Shown: positions 1-12,577 of the stretch, piece after piece
Layout: every line of letters begins with the position of its first letter
Position numbering within the stretch: the first letter of the stretch is position 1
Assembly (NCBI GenBank): GCA_964106915.2
Contig: OZ066915.1
Strand: one strand, 5' to 3'
Length of the DNA stretch: 64,000 nt
Origin: Podarcis gaigeae
Taxonomy: Eukaryota
Made by a program: the position numbers and the translations under genes
Notes under the pieces: generated by a model
Database searches by the model: none
Told to the model about the DNA's origin: nothing
The model's input: the letters and a program-made list of their open reading frames with translations, nothing else

Positions 1-314
1 TTGTAGTTCAGCATCAGTGCCACTGTTCCCCGTCCCTGCATTCAGTGGAGATAGCAATCTAACTTATGATCATCACTTTGGGTGCTTCCAGACAATGCTG
101 TGCTTCTGAGACAGCTATGGAACCACATTGTGTGGTTGTCATGTCTATTGTGAATAGAACAATATTGGTGGGAGCTACCGTAGTTCTTTGCAACAACAAA
201 CAATGTCCTCCGCTCTTTCTGTTGCAGTAGTAGAAGCAGAAGGTGTGGATGCAACCTAAGTTTCTTTCAGAACAGTACCTTAGTTGTAATTGGTACAAAC
301 ATCCAGTGAATCAC

Positions 315-318
<4 letters not shown>

Positions 319-361
<43 letters not shown>

Positions 362-581
362 TAACAAAAAAAATATTTATACCCCTCCCTCCCTGGCCAG
401 AGCTGGGCTCAGGGTGGCTAACACCAGTAAAATTACAGTAAAAACAATAGGGGAAAAAAACCCAATTTAAAATAAAGGTTAAATGCAATTTAAAATGCAG
501 CCTCCTTTTAAAAGTAGCCTATAGATGAAAACCGTAAGGGGAAGGAAACATAAGGATCAGACTTAGTCCAAACCAAAGGCC
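319..581 (-). mobile_element. L2-clade LINE 3' end with (ATT)14 tail
   Basis: Shares TTTATACCC..CCCTCCC..GCC..GGCTCAG.G.GGCTAACA and TCAGACT....CCAA.CCAAAGGCC with the 60836-61415 copy; (AAT)14 at 319-360. Confidence 0.8.
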
Positions 582-1489
582 ATGTGCCCATTGTTTAGGT
601 TTCTTTGGATCCTGGTTTGAGTCCATTCCCTGAAAATACTGATTCAGTTTGTTTCTGTCTGATAAGTCTGTAGATGGGCCATTTGGTTGAGTGGGTTAAT
701 GAATTTACATGTAGGCAAGTATTTTCTGAATTGCTGGTTCCCCGAGTTAACATCACGAACCAGACCCCTCCCCTACAATTTAAGTGTGTTCTTAGACTTT
801 TAGTTTTGGGGACTCATAAGTTACTTACAATGTGTATTTTAAGCTTTTATTATCCTGCCATGGAACATCTTGAACAGACTTTTACATTAATGCTGTCATG
901 CATTTAGATGTCATTAGTATCTGTAATGAAAGGACAAGTTATAGCAAGACTTGTGGTTAAATAAGCAGTGCCATAAGGAATATTATGTCTCTGGTAGATA
1001 CCAGAAACAATCAGGCCTACTGTGAATTATCTTCACACAGAGGACAAGATAATAAAAACTTCTTGTGTTCCTGTTCAAAGTCTTGTTGTTAATGTGCTAG
1101 GTAGGCAAGTGTTGGAAGGTAGGTTGGACAATATGAAATCACATGCTTGTAATGAGTGGAGTTAAAACTTTGACATGGGGTCAAGTTATTTTTACTATTT
1201 TTATTTAAAACAATAATATAAGAAAACCGAATATCTCTGAAATGGGGAGTGTCTTACAGGGCATTCTGTCTACATTTGACACCAGGTCAGCCTGTCAAGA
1301 TACCTAGGAGTTTTCTGCATGACTTAATTTACACTAGAAAATCGGGACATTGAATTATTTTGTTCTTTTAAATGAGGAACACTGCTGTTTATATCAGAGG
1401 AATTATACTGCTTTGCTGATCTGAATTTTTAGTAGGCGTGTGGGTTTCTGAGTTACAAAGCAGGATGACTTAAATTGTTTATTGGTAAT

Positions 1490-1531
<42 letters not shown>
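1490..1531. repeat. (CT)n microsatellite, one interruption
   Basis: Direct reading. Confidence 0.95.
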
Positions 1532-1534
<3 letters not shown>

Positions 1535-1689
1535 GCGCCTACTTATGCTTCTAGAAGACTAGGAGAAATGAGTAAAGCAGCTTTAGAGTTGCAGAGATGC
1601 TCAGAGATTAGGAAGCAGATGTGAAGCCCAAGGTTTCACTTATGGCTCATTTTCATGGTCTTTTTCTTCAGAGAACTAGCGTGCTTCAT

Positions 1690-1910
1690 TGTAGGCCTTG
1701 GAACCAGAAGGCTTTGAAATTACTTGCAGTTCAAACATATACTCATTAGTCATTTTGAACAGATCCTTCTCTCTACATTTTAACTCCCCATTTATCATAT
1801 TGTAATGGCACTAGTGACCCACATCACAAAATTGTTGTAAAGTTGGTTGGGATAGGTGTTATTAATAAGCATTTTGCACTCTAATGTACTATATTATTAA
1901 TTAGTCGTTA
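1690..1910 (+). mobile_element. Old MIR/CORE-like SINE remnant
   Basis: Degenerate core-like text (CCCCATTTATCATATTG..., CACATCACAAAATTGTTGTAAAG..., AAGCATTTTGCAC). Boundaries approximate. Confidence 0.4.
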
Positions 1911-3108
1911 TGTACATATGTGACCTAAACATTGGTATCAGGAATAGCTAAGGTCATAGCATCATGTTCTTTTTCTTGCCTCTGTAATCAGAGTCCAGAA
2001 ATGCTGCTCTCTGTCTCTGAAGTGATCACTCACCAGATTAAAAGTGACTTTCTGCATGCAGCGTGAAGATTTTTTTAATATTCAGAATATATGGTGGTGA
2101 GCTGGCTCCCTTCTATGCTTCATTGTGAAACTCTATGTGCAGAATTGTAGAGGAAGAGAGATCACATCCCTATGAAATCTTGTTTTTTGTTAGATCTTTG
2201 TTCAAAATAACACATGGCTTTTCTATTGACCCTTTAACCCCTTGATTGTCATGTGAAGAAAAGATGAAGCCTAAGAATGTGCAACTGCTTAAATCCACCC
2301 CCTTTTACATTTGCTTCTATTCCTCCTGCTGGGTTATTACCCTTGCCTTTGCCACACACATTCCTATATTTACAATGTAATATCCTTGTGCTGTGTACAC
2401 TGATGGTGGAATAATAATAATAATAATAATAATGTAGTGAATGTTAATTAAGCTGTTATCACCGTTGCAGAGATGGGACAGATAAATCATTGTACAGTGT
2501 TGATGGATTATTTAATTTCTATACCGCTTAATATATTTAAAATATATCTAAGCAGTGTACAGAAAACAGAAGCAACAACAGACAACTTAAACAAATTATT
2601 ACAAAAATACATCTAGAAATGTTACATTAATACAAATTTACTAATATATATGAATAAATATCAGTTCATTTTCCTTCTGACACACACCTTCCCTCTCAAC
2701 TTCTGGGTTGTTGCCCAGAATCCAAACAAACGCTCAGCTCACCCACAAAAATCTCACAATGAGAAGAATACTTGGATACAGCAGACATCACCCTAGTCTC
2801 TCATTCTAGACTTGCTGTTGATGGGCAGACATCAAAGAGGGTTTTACTTCCTCAGGCTGCCCACAGCTGTGTCCCATTCAGCTGCACTTTCCACACCTAG
2901 TTCCAGGTACAGCAGGTTTGTTGAGTTTCCCAGGGGTCCCGAGAATGGGAAAAGGGCTGCCTTCCACTCACAGCCCTTTCTTCACTCTCTGTCCTTTCTT
3001 CTTCCTCCAGTTGGGACCTTCATGGAGAACTTTGTTAGGTTGTCCAACGATGATGTTCATACTTCATCGTTTTAGGGCTCTGTGTCCAGCAGTATAACTG
3101 TAGACTTT

Positions 3109-3226
3109 CAAGTATGGGGAATGTGTGGCCCTCCAAATGTCATTGGATTCCAGTACTCATCAGCCCCATTCAGCATAGCCAATGCTCAGGGATGATATGA
3201 GTTAAACCACAGGTTTCCTAACTCAG
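3109..3226. mobile_element. Degenerate palindromic hAT-type MITE
   Basis: Resembles the 42886-43022 family; flanked by CTGTAGAC/CTATAGAC-like 8-mers. Confidence 0.45.
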
Positions 3227-6200
3227 CTATAGACTTGTCTTGTAGGGCAAAGTGGAAAGAAAGCACAGAAAAAGCTCAGAGTTTAAAACCTGGTTGCTGT
3301 GGCATCTGAACATTGAAAATGTGTTTCTGAATCATAAATTGGGGCACATTTGAAAGAAAGGGAACAGAAAATACTTTTCAGACTAAATGGAAGGGTGAAT
3401 CCCAACCATTTGATTTATCTATCAGTGGAAGCTCTGCTCAAGGACTTCTGCTTGCACAATGGGGCTTCCTCAATTCCTGCCAGTGTGCCCCCCCAAAGGC
3501 TTTCGGTGGGCCAAGAGAACCCCCAGAACAGTACATGGAAGGTGGAGGGGGGGTCATTCCATTTGGTAAGCTGAAAAGGTTGCACTGACGTAACGATTGG
3601 AAGAATTGTTGGAATCTCCCCCCCCCCCCCAATTCCAAATCTATTACAGTCTTGCCAAGGTTTTGAATTGAAAATGTTTTGTAGCTGATGGTGCCTCACT
3701 TTGCTAATTAAAATAGTTTTCAGAGATCTTACACTGGTACCTCCCCATTGGTATTATCTGAGAAACCAGTACATTTGTTTATGCCGCTGCAAATTTCATA
3801 GTATTGTTAATGAGTGCGAGCCAAATCTACGATTGCCAAATCCATAGCTAGATTTCAACCAGCCTTTGAAACCTGCTTCTAACTAGGGCTTCCAGTACTG
3901 GTTTAGTGCAGATATAATGCAGGGAAAGGGAGAAGTTGAAGTGGGACAGGGAAGGAGGGTTGTGCGAGGTGGGCTCGAGTCTGAGGGGCACTTCAGATCT
4001 CTTAACCATGGTCAAGAGACTGGAAAACATTACATCTGCACCGAACCATTCAGTGCTGCTTCAAAATCACAAGACATCCTGACCTTTTTCTGGCTTCTCT
4101 TGACTCTAAGAAGGGAGGAGCAGCCTTCTCCACCACCTTTTCTAGAAAGAGATTGGGATGCAGGCAAGCGGCTTTACAATGAAAGGCTCTTTTGAAGTTT
4201 GTGTGCATTGGCTACAGCCAGCCAGGCAGAGGTTCCAGCCCAGTGTAGTTCACAGAGCAGCTGTGACCAGAGTTTGAAACAATAAGGGTCTCTTGGCCAC
4301 TTTTAAAGGTGGAGCTGTTAGCAAATTTCCTTTCCAGCTTGGGATAAAAGGGGGATGATTTGGATCTGTCGGCAATGCGGCTGTTAGGCCAGATTTCCAG
4401 CTGATGTCAAGTTTCCTGCTGCACATATGTGAGTCAAGCAAAGGTACATACCGGCAAACATTCTCAAGGCAGCTGGCAGCCTTTAGTGCTTTTGGGTTTT
4501 TTTTGCATTGCTTTCCTCTGCCTCTGGACTTGCCACTGCGTCACATTGTATTGTTGCTGTCTGAGTCATTGCAGAGGAGACCTCCCTCCTCCTCGCTCCC
4601 CCTTAGGAAGTTTGGCACTGTTTACTTTTTTTGTCCGGTTAGAATAATGGAATGTATTTTTAGGCCTCTTTGCCTTGCTCTCTGAATCGGCATTAACATG
4701 CTGAGTGGGGCTGCTCCAGGCGAACTTTTATTTATTTATCCCCCCCTTTTTTTGGGGGGGGGAGGAGAAATATATAACGCAGTTCATTTCAAACCTGGGC
4801 TAAGCTCCAAGGCGTCTGCCTAGAGAGTTTGCGAAGTCCTGTAACCATGGTGGCCATGTTTGTGTAAGAGAATTCACTTCCTGTTGGCAAGCACACTCTG
4901 CTAGCTGGCGAGTGGGAATGATGCTTCCTGCGTTAAGCATAGCTGGGTGGGGGGAGGCAATGACTGCTGAAGGCCATGCTAGCCAGTAGGTGTTTTGCCA
5001 GGTTCAGATTGTCATGCTCAAGGTGGAATAAGGCGGCTGTTTCTTTCTGGGTGGTGCCTACCTCCATCTTCTTCTTTTAAGTTTGCAAACCTTTTAGGAC
5101 TGGGACTGGCATGCCAGTCCTGTGCATGATACACAGTGAGGGAGAAGCCAGTGATTGGGGTGGAGGGGGGACAGTGACTGAGGACTGGTCCACATACATG
5201 TGCCCAGTAGAATTAAGACTGGGGGTTGTGGTTTCGGATTTCGCTCTCCAGCCTTTGACACAAGAATCTCAGATTCCAAGGGCATATGATGCAACCACCT
5301 TGTTGAAGCAAGGCAGGTTTGGGTCTGGGTCTTTTTTTTCTACTTTAATTTCCACAAATTGGAATGAATAAGAAATTTGTTTAGCAAGCGACTTGCCTCT
5401 GCTAGATACCCCTTAGTCTTCTATAAAAAAAAGTCATTTTGGAGTACTGTACAGTCTTGCTTCTTTCTGGGAGGTGTTTTCTTCCATCTTTTTATTTAAA
5501 AAGTTTGTAAACCTTTTAGGACTGGGACTAGCATTCCAGTAGAGTGCCTTATACATAGTAGTTATGATGAGGGAATAATTGAGAGGACTCTGAATGCTGC
5601 TCCACACACACAAAATAAGAATTTTGTTTTCCAAGCCACTCACCTTGTTAGGTGCCCCTCAGTGTTTCATAAAAAGTGTCATTTCAAAGTACAGTGTAAT
5701 AACTCATAGTTATTATTACTCACAGGACCAAGGCCCTGTGTATTGGGGCTGTGTCCATTTTGAGAGGGTCTAGGTTAATATTTAAAGTGTTCTGCTTGCT
5801 CTTTCAACTTTAAAAACTGGCAGCAGGAGGGGGGTAGGAAACCACTTGCTGTGACAGCAAGGCACTTGTATGGGCCTTGGTGTTTTATGAGCAGGAAGCC
5901 AAATTGGATTGGCCAGCTGTCCCTGAGCTCTAATACAGAGCCTTCCCCATCATTCAATCACTGCAGAGCCTCATCTTCCACTTAATATGATCCAGACCTG
6001 GGCAGCCCAAATCATGCTGGATTTAAATGCAACAAAATAATATCAGCCTTCCCCTGTTTTCTTTCAATCAATTTTTGATGGCTTTAGGTAGCCATTAATA
6101 GTGATGCAATCTCGGGTTGTAGCAACCTGCTCTTTAATAAGAGGCCTGGAGGAGCGTGAGGCTGCCATCTTCCATACCAATAAAATGCACGTGAAATGAG

Positions 6201-6701
6201 AAAAAGAGCTTATTGAACAGCAGGAAATGTTGTAAAGAGTAGCATTGCCTCCTCCCTGCCCCTTGACATTGGGTGGTGGTGCACTTTGCATCCCATGGCT
6301 CCCAGAGAGGCCTCTTGGTTCTTTGTAGTGTATTTGCCTCTGCTGAGCATTGAAATGTGTGTCGGAGCGGAAATGGAAAGGCACTAAAATGATGCAACCA
6401 GCTCAAAGGTTTGTTGAAGCTGGGCTACACACATCTGGGCAGAGAAGCTGGGTTGCTTTCTATCTTGGACCATCATTGGCCATAAGATGAGAGATGCTGT
6501 AGCAGCAGCTGGTATTCTGAAAGGTTACACCTCGGAACTGACCGTCTGAAAATGGCCAGTGCTTTTATTTTATGTTGCAGTTTGTTCCTTCACTTTATTC
6601 TTGGTATCTGCTTTTCCAAATAAAACTTTACCCTATATTTCACTGTAATTATGCACTGGAGTGTTAAAAGAGTGAGGAGTGGGGGTGAAATGACAAACCT
6701 T

Positions 6702-7082
6702 GGCCTGCTTCACAGGTAACACTAAACCAAACCATGGCTTCGTGTGAATGAGCCAATGCACAGGCTCCTGGAGAGGAGGTCACAGCTGCTTTGCTGCTCC
6801 TCCAGCCATGGCTTGGCTTAGCATGTTGTCTGGACCTAGAGTTGTGGTTTAGCTTTTTGCAGACAAACCATGACCCATAAGCAAGGTTTGTTCTGGGAGA
6901 GATAAACCACAAACCCAGGTTTGGACAACATGCCAAACCAAACTTTGGTTTACCTCAACAGAGGGAATGAGCAGAACAACCAGAGAAGGAGGAAAACTAC
7001 CATGATCTGCCTAGAAGCCTGCATATGCTTGTTCACTCATGCTAAGCCATGGTTTGGCTTAGAGTTATGCATAAATGAGGTC
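6702..7082. mobile_element. Long-inverted-repeat non-autonomous DNA element (possibly PIF/Harbinger-like)
   Basis: The left arm TAACACTAAACCAAACCATGGCTT is the near reverse complement of the right arm AAGCCATGGTTTGGCTTAGAGTTA; further internal symmetry. Confidence 0.55.
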
Positions 7083-8217
7083 TCTGTAAAGGTGGTGTTT
7101 TTGTCCTGATACTTCTCGTGTTTTCTGAAGGGCTCTGGCTTTAGTTGGGGCATCAAGTTGTTACCCCAGTGTAAAGGCTAGCGTGTGGACTTGTTAGGAT
7201 CAGAAGGCCTGAAACTGACTGATGCACCTATTTCTGTTTTCAAGTAGCAGACTAGAGAGGGAGAGAAATACAGGGAAAGCAAGAGTCAGCGGCTTACAGA
7301 TTTGCAGGAGTGGAAGACAGGAGAAGAGTGGAGCCTCATCAGTTTACCTCTGGGATCTCTGCCCAACTTGTTTCTGAGAATCATCATGCTCTACTCTGCA
7401 ACCTTGAGAGCTAGGAATTGAGGGGCGGGAGTGATCAATGAAAGCTAAAGTTTTTAATAATTCCATCTTCTGTGGCAAACACATGAAAACCCTGCATTCA
7501 CATAGCCCTGGCTATATTCTGTCTTGTTTTCTTTTCCTTGTCTTCCTGTTTCCCCTTCTTTCCCTAAAAATAAATCTGCTATCTGTGGTTTTTTCTATAC
7601 AGTGGCCGCCTTCCTCTTTTTTGGTCCTGATCTCAGCCTCCTTCTGTGGGGTTATTTACTCCTGCTTTTATAACTCTGCCTTCAAATATAAACAGTGATA
7701 GACTACAAATACATTAAAAAGGCGATCTGGCAAGTTCTGCCAAAGGAACATTGCTTCCCTTCAGCAGTATTTATCTATAGCTCTATTTGCATGACATCGA
7801 TCTCCCGCTTCTCATTTGCTTAATCTAGCATCTTCCTTTGCTCTTGCTCCCTCCTTCCTTTCTGCAGTTTATTGCCATTATTTGTAGGGTCTGGTTTAGA
7901 CTGCAAATTCTTTGTGATCAGGAGCCTCAGTTTTAACCGGGCTGTAAAACTGTGATTCCAAATTGCTGGGTTACAACAGCCCTGTGGCAGGTTGCCAGGC
8001 CATCAGAATTGGGCGGGGTGGGGGTGGGATGTAAGGGGCAATGTGTAATAGAGGACTCAGGAGCATTAGTCTGAAGTTTGTAGTTGGAAGCCAAATGAAA
8101 GCAAAATGCTGTTGCTGTGGATCAGCTGCCTTTTTTGTTTTGAATGTTTTAAAGCTGTGTGTATCTTTGAAGTGCTGTGAATGAAGCTTCTGACAAACTT
8201 ATACCATAACAAAAGTT

Positions 8218-8219
<2 letters not shown>

Positions 8220-8260
<41 letters not shown>
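8220..8260. repeat. (CA)~20 microsatellite
   Basis: Direct reading. Confidence 0.95.
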
Positions 8261-8267
<7 letters not shown>

Positions 8268-8268
<1 letters not shown>

Positions 8269-8576
8269 CGTATTTTTTGCTCTATAAGACTCACTTTTTC
8301 CTTCCTAAAAAGTAAGGGGAAATGTGTGTGCGTGTTATGGAGCGAATGCAGGCTGTGCAGCTATCCCAGAAGCCAGAACAGCAAGAGGGATTGCTGCTTT
8401 CACTGCGCAGCTATCCCAGAAGCCAGAACAGCAAGAGGGATTGCTGCTTTCACTGTGCAGCGATCCCTCTTGCTGTTCTGGCTTCTGAGATTCAGAATAT
8501 TTTTTTTCTTGTTTTCCTCCTCCAAAAACTAGGTGCGTCTTGTGGTCTGGTGCGTCCTATAGAGCGAAAAATACGG
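8268..8576. mobile_element. Tc1/mariner superfamily (pogo/Tc2-type) MITE
   Basis: TIRs CCGTATTTTTTGCTCTATAAGAC / GTCCTATAGAGCGAAAAATACGG, TA on the right flank. Internal 50-bp tandem repeat (8353-8452) plus an inverted copy. Confidence 0.85.
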
Positions 8577-9680
8577 TATGTATATATATATATATAAATG
8601 GAGGAAGGAGTTTTTGCAATTGCAATCTTCACCAAACGGATCAGAGTCCGTGCTGGTTGACTTCATAGATTAAAAGTTTATAATCATAATAAGGGACTTG
8701 CAACACCACTCCATGTGCCTTGGGACGACTGTGCATGTGGCCTATCTAGAGCAGTACATTAAAAGGGAACTAAAATGCACAGAATGCAAGAGATTGTTAG
8801 GATGAATGTGTTATAATGTTGTGATTTGACATATCAAGACCCTGTCAAGGAGCATCTGGTTGCCAGAGGCAGGCCTGGAAGGCTCATTAAATTCCTAGTA
8901 GCTGTTGGGACTGACCACCTGGAGGTGGGATGGAGATGAGAGCAGCAAACTCTTTAGAGAACTCCACATGTGGGCCTGAGCTACTGAGGCGCTGGCGCAG
9001 TTTTCAGATGGAATTCTGTGACAGCCACGTTAATGACAAAAGGATTAACTGTGATTTGGTAGAAAATAACTTCAGTCACCTGAGCTAGTAAAGAGGGATG
9101 AGAGGCCTGCAGCTAAAAAACTGGCTGCTATTTCAAATCAAATTATGAACTTCAGACTTCCCTATCTCTCTGTCTCTTACAGCTCCATATTCAGCTTTCC
9201 CCTCTGCCCATTCTCTTTCCCACTTTACTTTTCTCTTTCTCAGGGCCCCCTATCTGGCCTTTCCCCCTTCTTTTTAGACCAGCCCTCCAGTACAACTGTC
9301 ACCAGCTTCAGCCAGCATGGGAGTGGTGGAAATTGAGAGTCCAAAACTGGAAAACATTAGGCTGGTGAAGACTGGCAAGACCTGTTCAGGCTTCCAACCC
9401 ATGGTGGCCAGTGACCTTCTGCCTGCCCACCCTACCCAGTAATATTAAGGCAACTCAGCCAGTTAGTACCAGAAGCTTTCGTACTACCACTAGGGCATCT
9501 TGTGAGTGCATTGCAATATAGATTGTCATGTGGCCTTAGTAGAGGATAGAGGTGGGCATGGGGATCTTTGCTTGTAATAACTGCATTGTCGCAGCAAGAT
9601 AATCACACATAATTTCCCGCAAATGCAGCACTGTGACAGAAGGCGGCTCGCCCATTGGACTCCTCACCCTATATCAGAGA

Positions 9681-9872
9681 CCATTGGAAAAAGCATTTTA
9701 ACAGTAAGGGAAGTTCAGCAATGGAACCAACCAGGTGGTGGTGGGCTCTGCTTCACTGGAGGCCTTTCAGCAGATGCTGGGCAGCCATGTGTTGGGGACA
9801 TTCTGGCTCTGGGTTTCCAGCACTGAGTGATGCATTGGATTTGATGGCCCACAAGGCTCCTTCCAGCTATGT
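9681..9872 (+). mobile_element. Old CR1 LINE 3' fragment
   Basis: CR1-like text: TTAACAGTAAGGG..GTTCAGCAATGGAAC..GTGGTGGGCTCT..TCACTGGAGG..TTGGATTTGATGGCC..CCTTCCAGCT. Confidence 0.65.
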
Positions 9873-10029
9873 GCTAAACGTGCAAGGATTCTCTTTGGTT
9901 TAGAAGTTGTGAAGTTTAGTAGTGCCAGTAGCCCCTCACCCCATTCCCAGGATCATTATGAAGGCTAATAGAGTTCCTTCTTTCAGTTGTTCAAGTAGGC
10001 TCTGTCCCAGTTTCTGCAAACCTAGTAGA

Positions 10030-10404
10030 GGGACGCAGGTGGTTCTGTGGTCTAAACCATTGAGCATCTTGAGCTTGCTGATTGGAAGGTGGGTGGTTTG
10101 AATCTGTGTGACAGAGTGAGCTGCCATTGCTCTGCCCCAGCTTCTGCCAACCTAGCAGTTCGATTGCACACCAGTGCAAGTAGATAGATAGGTACCACTG
10201 CGGCAGGAAGGTAAATGGCGTTTCTGTGTGCTCTGGCTTCTGTCACGGTGTCCCATTGCACCAGAAGTGGTTTAGTCATGCTGGCCACATGACCCAGAAA
10301 GCTGTCTGTGGACAAGCGCTGGCTCCCTTGGCCTGAAGTGAGATGAGTGCCACACCCCATAGTCGCCTTTGACTGGACGTAACCATCCAGAGGTCCTTTA
10401 CCTT
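10030..10404 (+). mobile_element. Sauria SINE, full length, diverged copy
   Basis: GGGACGCAGGTGG head, CTGCCAACCTAGCAGTTCGA body and CCTTTACCTT tail; aligns to the 29852 and 44571 copies. Confidence 0.9.
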
Positions 10405-10950
10405 AGTTCATTGAGAAAGCTATAACTTGAAAAGGCTTGAAAAGCTGCTACCTTTTCAAGTAGTAGCTTTCTCAATGAGTTAAGTGAGAGGAGATCCTGT
10501 CCTTGCAAATTGCCTCTCTATGCGTGAGGCTGCCTGTCTTCAGAACAATCTTGAAGGGTACCTGTAACGTACCTGTGGTTCATTACTCTGATATTAATAA
10601 TAGAAGTGCTATTATTTAGGCAGTGCAATTGAGTTGCTAAGCTTTCCTTGGTGCTTGGCAATCTGCACCCTGCTGCTTGTAGGGATAAGATTAGCTACTT
10701 AGCTCAATCAAGGTGTTACAAACCAACTTGATGGAAATCAGTCAGCCAGATTTCCCGCCTGCCACAAAACTCCATTATGACAGAGGAGCGCCCTGTGTAA
10801 GGAACCCAGGTCTCTGGCATCCCGAGGTTCTGTTTTCTTGTGGAAGCGGAGGGACTGGGTTTCCTCAGAATAGAAACAGAAAAGATGGACACAAAACTCT
10901 AGGGAGAGCCCGTTCAAAGAGGGGGTGGGGGAAGAGAAGACACAAAGAAA

Positions 10951-11092
10951 GGATCATCTCCGTTGGTAGAACACAAGACTCTTAATCTCAGAGTCATGGG
11001 TTCGAGCCCCACATTGGGCAAAAGATTACTGCATTGCAGGGGGTTGGACTAGATGACCCTTGTGATCCCTCCCAACTCTACAATTCTATGAT
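10951..11092 (+). mobile_element. SINE: tRNA-Lys(CTT)-derived head fused to a CR1 3' tail
   Basis: GGTAGAACACAAGACTCTTAATCTCAGAGTCATGGGTTCGAGCCCCACATTGGGC follows tRNA-Lys-CTT. It continues into GGGGGTTGGACTAGATGACC...CCAACTCTACAATTCTATGAT, a CR1-type terminus. Confidence 0.85.
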
Positions 11093-11191
11093 CTTGCACT
11101 TAAATGCCAGAGACTCAGGGACTGGAACCAGGAGACTCAGTCTGGGGAAGTGAGCTAGACTGGTGAGCCACCACAGGTTGTGTATCCTGAG

Positions 11192-11281
11192 CATAGCTGT
11201 CAATATTTCCCTTTTTTAAAGGGAAATTCCCTTATTCTGAATAGGATTCCTCGCAAGAAAAGGGAAAAGTTGACAGCTATG
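11192..11281. mobile_element. 90-bp hAT MITE
   Basis: TIRs CATAGCTGTCAA / TTGACAGCTATG; 8-bp TSD ATCCTGAG / ATCCTGAA. Confidence 0.85.
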
Positions 11282-11806
11282 ATCCTGAAAGACCTTTTCA
11301 GGCACAGAACAGGAATGAGCAGTTGAAAGGCAGTATGGAACCTTTGGGTTGGCCATGCCTAGAATCATTTCTCAAAGTGACAGACCCAAGGTCATCCAGA
11401 AAGCTTCATCCATGTTGAGTTTTGCATCTGCATGGCCAACAGACCCATGTATTTTGTTTCTTCGTTCAAAGCTCTCGAGAATTCGGGGACCGGCAAGACC
11501 TGGTTAAAATATTAAAGCAGAGTATTGCCATCTGAAAAAATGGGAGTACTATTGTGGTACCCAATCAATTACAGTTCAGTTCTGTTCTGAGCCAGGTCTG
11601 ATTGTAGGACCCATGGCTTATCACAGAAATCAACTTCTTAACCACTTGATCCTTTAATTGTACAGTTGCTCTGCTTTATTTAGACTAATGGCAACATTAT
11701 CCCTATCCACATATGCTGTGTGAATCCACACACAGAATTTGGAAGTGTATGTGTACACACAGCACTCCTACACCCCAGGTCTCATCTTTGCCATATCAGT
11801 GCGTAA

Positions 11807-11894
11807 GGCTGCAGTCCTAACCCCACTTACCTGGGAATAAGCCCTACTGAATTCAGTGGAACATACGTCTGCCTAAGTCTGTAGTGCTGCGCTG
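11807..11894. mobile_element. Short degenerate palindromic MITE-like repeat
   Basis: GGCTGCAGTCCTAACCCCACTTACCTGGGAATAAGCCC..., a common squamate repeat as recalled; possible partial reverse copy near 33755-33790. Confidence 0.4.
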
Positions 11895-12577
11895 TGATTT
11901 GGGTTACGGGCAGGGATTAATTTAGTCCCTTTGGCTGGCAAGCTTTGGGAGTTGGTGTTGTTTCTGGTGGGAATAGGGGTTATGAGTTCTGTTTGTGAAA
12001 CAAACAGCAAGGGCAGCTGCAACCTGGCACCTGCTCAGCTGGAAAGAGTTGCGTGGGCTGGTTAGAATTGCACTTACTATCTCGAACGCAAGCCAAGACC
12101 TTGCTTGAATTACTCCCATGCATGCCAGAGAAGAGTTAACAGGAATGCTGCTCTCAGGATGCTGTTAAAAGGCTGCACTTTGGTTTTTCCTGTACTGCTT
12201 GCTGGTCACAAGCATGCTCATAAACGTCCTGCTCTGATAATGGGGAAGTGTGTGCTGTCAGATGGCCAAGGTTGGAGGAAGAAAGGATGCTTGTAGACAC
12301 AATCAATATTTTTGCATGGTACATAGGCCTGAGGTTTCTGCCCATTCTAAGATTTTCCTTAGTCCCCTTCTATCTCATATGGAGCTTTGCCAATTGCCTT
12401 ACTGGTGTTGGTTTGAGCTCTTCTTGTGCTGGTTGTGGTGTGCATTGGCACAAGTGGAAGAGAGGTCTCTCTGACCTTTCCCCATCTATGTACTGGATCC
12501 TCTTCCCTGTAACTGGAGAGAAATCAAGCACAACGGATTACTCTTTTTGTTTATGCTCATGGATCTCTGCAATGAAA

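Noticed and set aside
8353-8460. CRISPR-like or coding repeat array
   Set aside because: Only two spacer-less 50-bp units, inside a MITE in vertebrate DNA.
10951-11020. Functional tRNA-Lys gene
   Set aside because: The acceptor stem and D arm are degraded, and it runs into a CR1 tail in both copies, so it is a SINE head.
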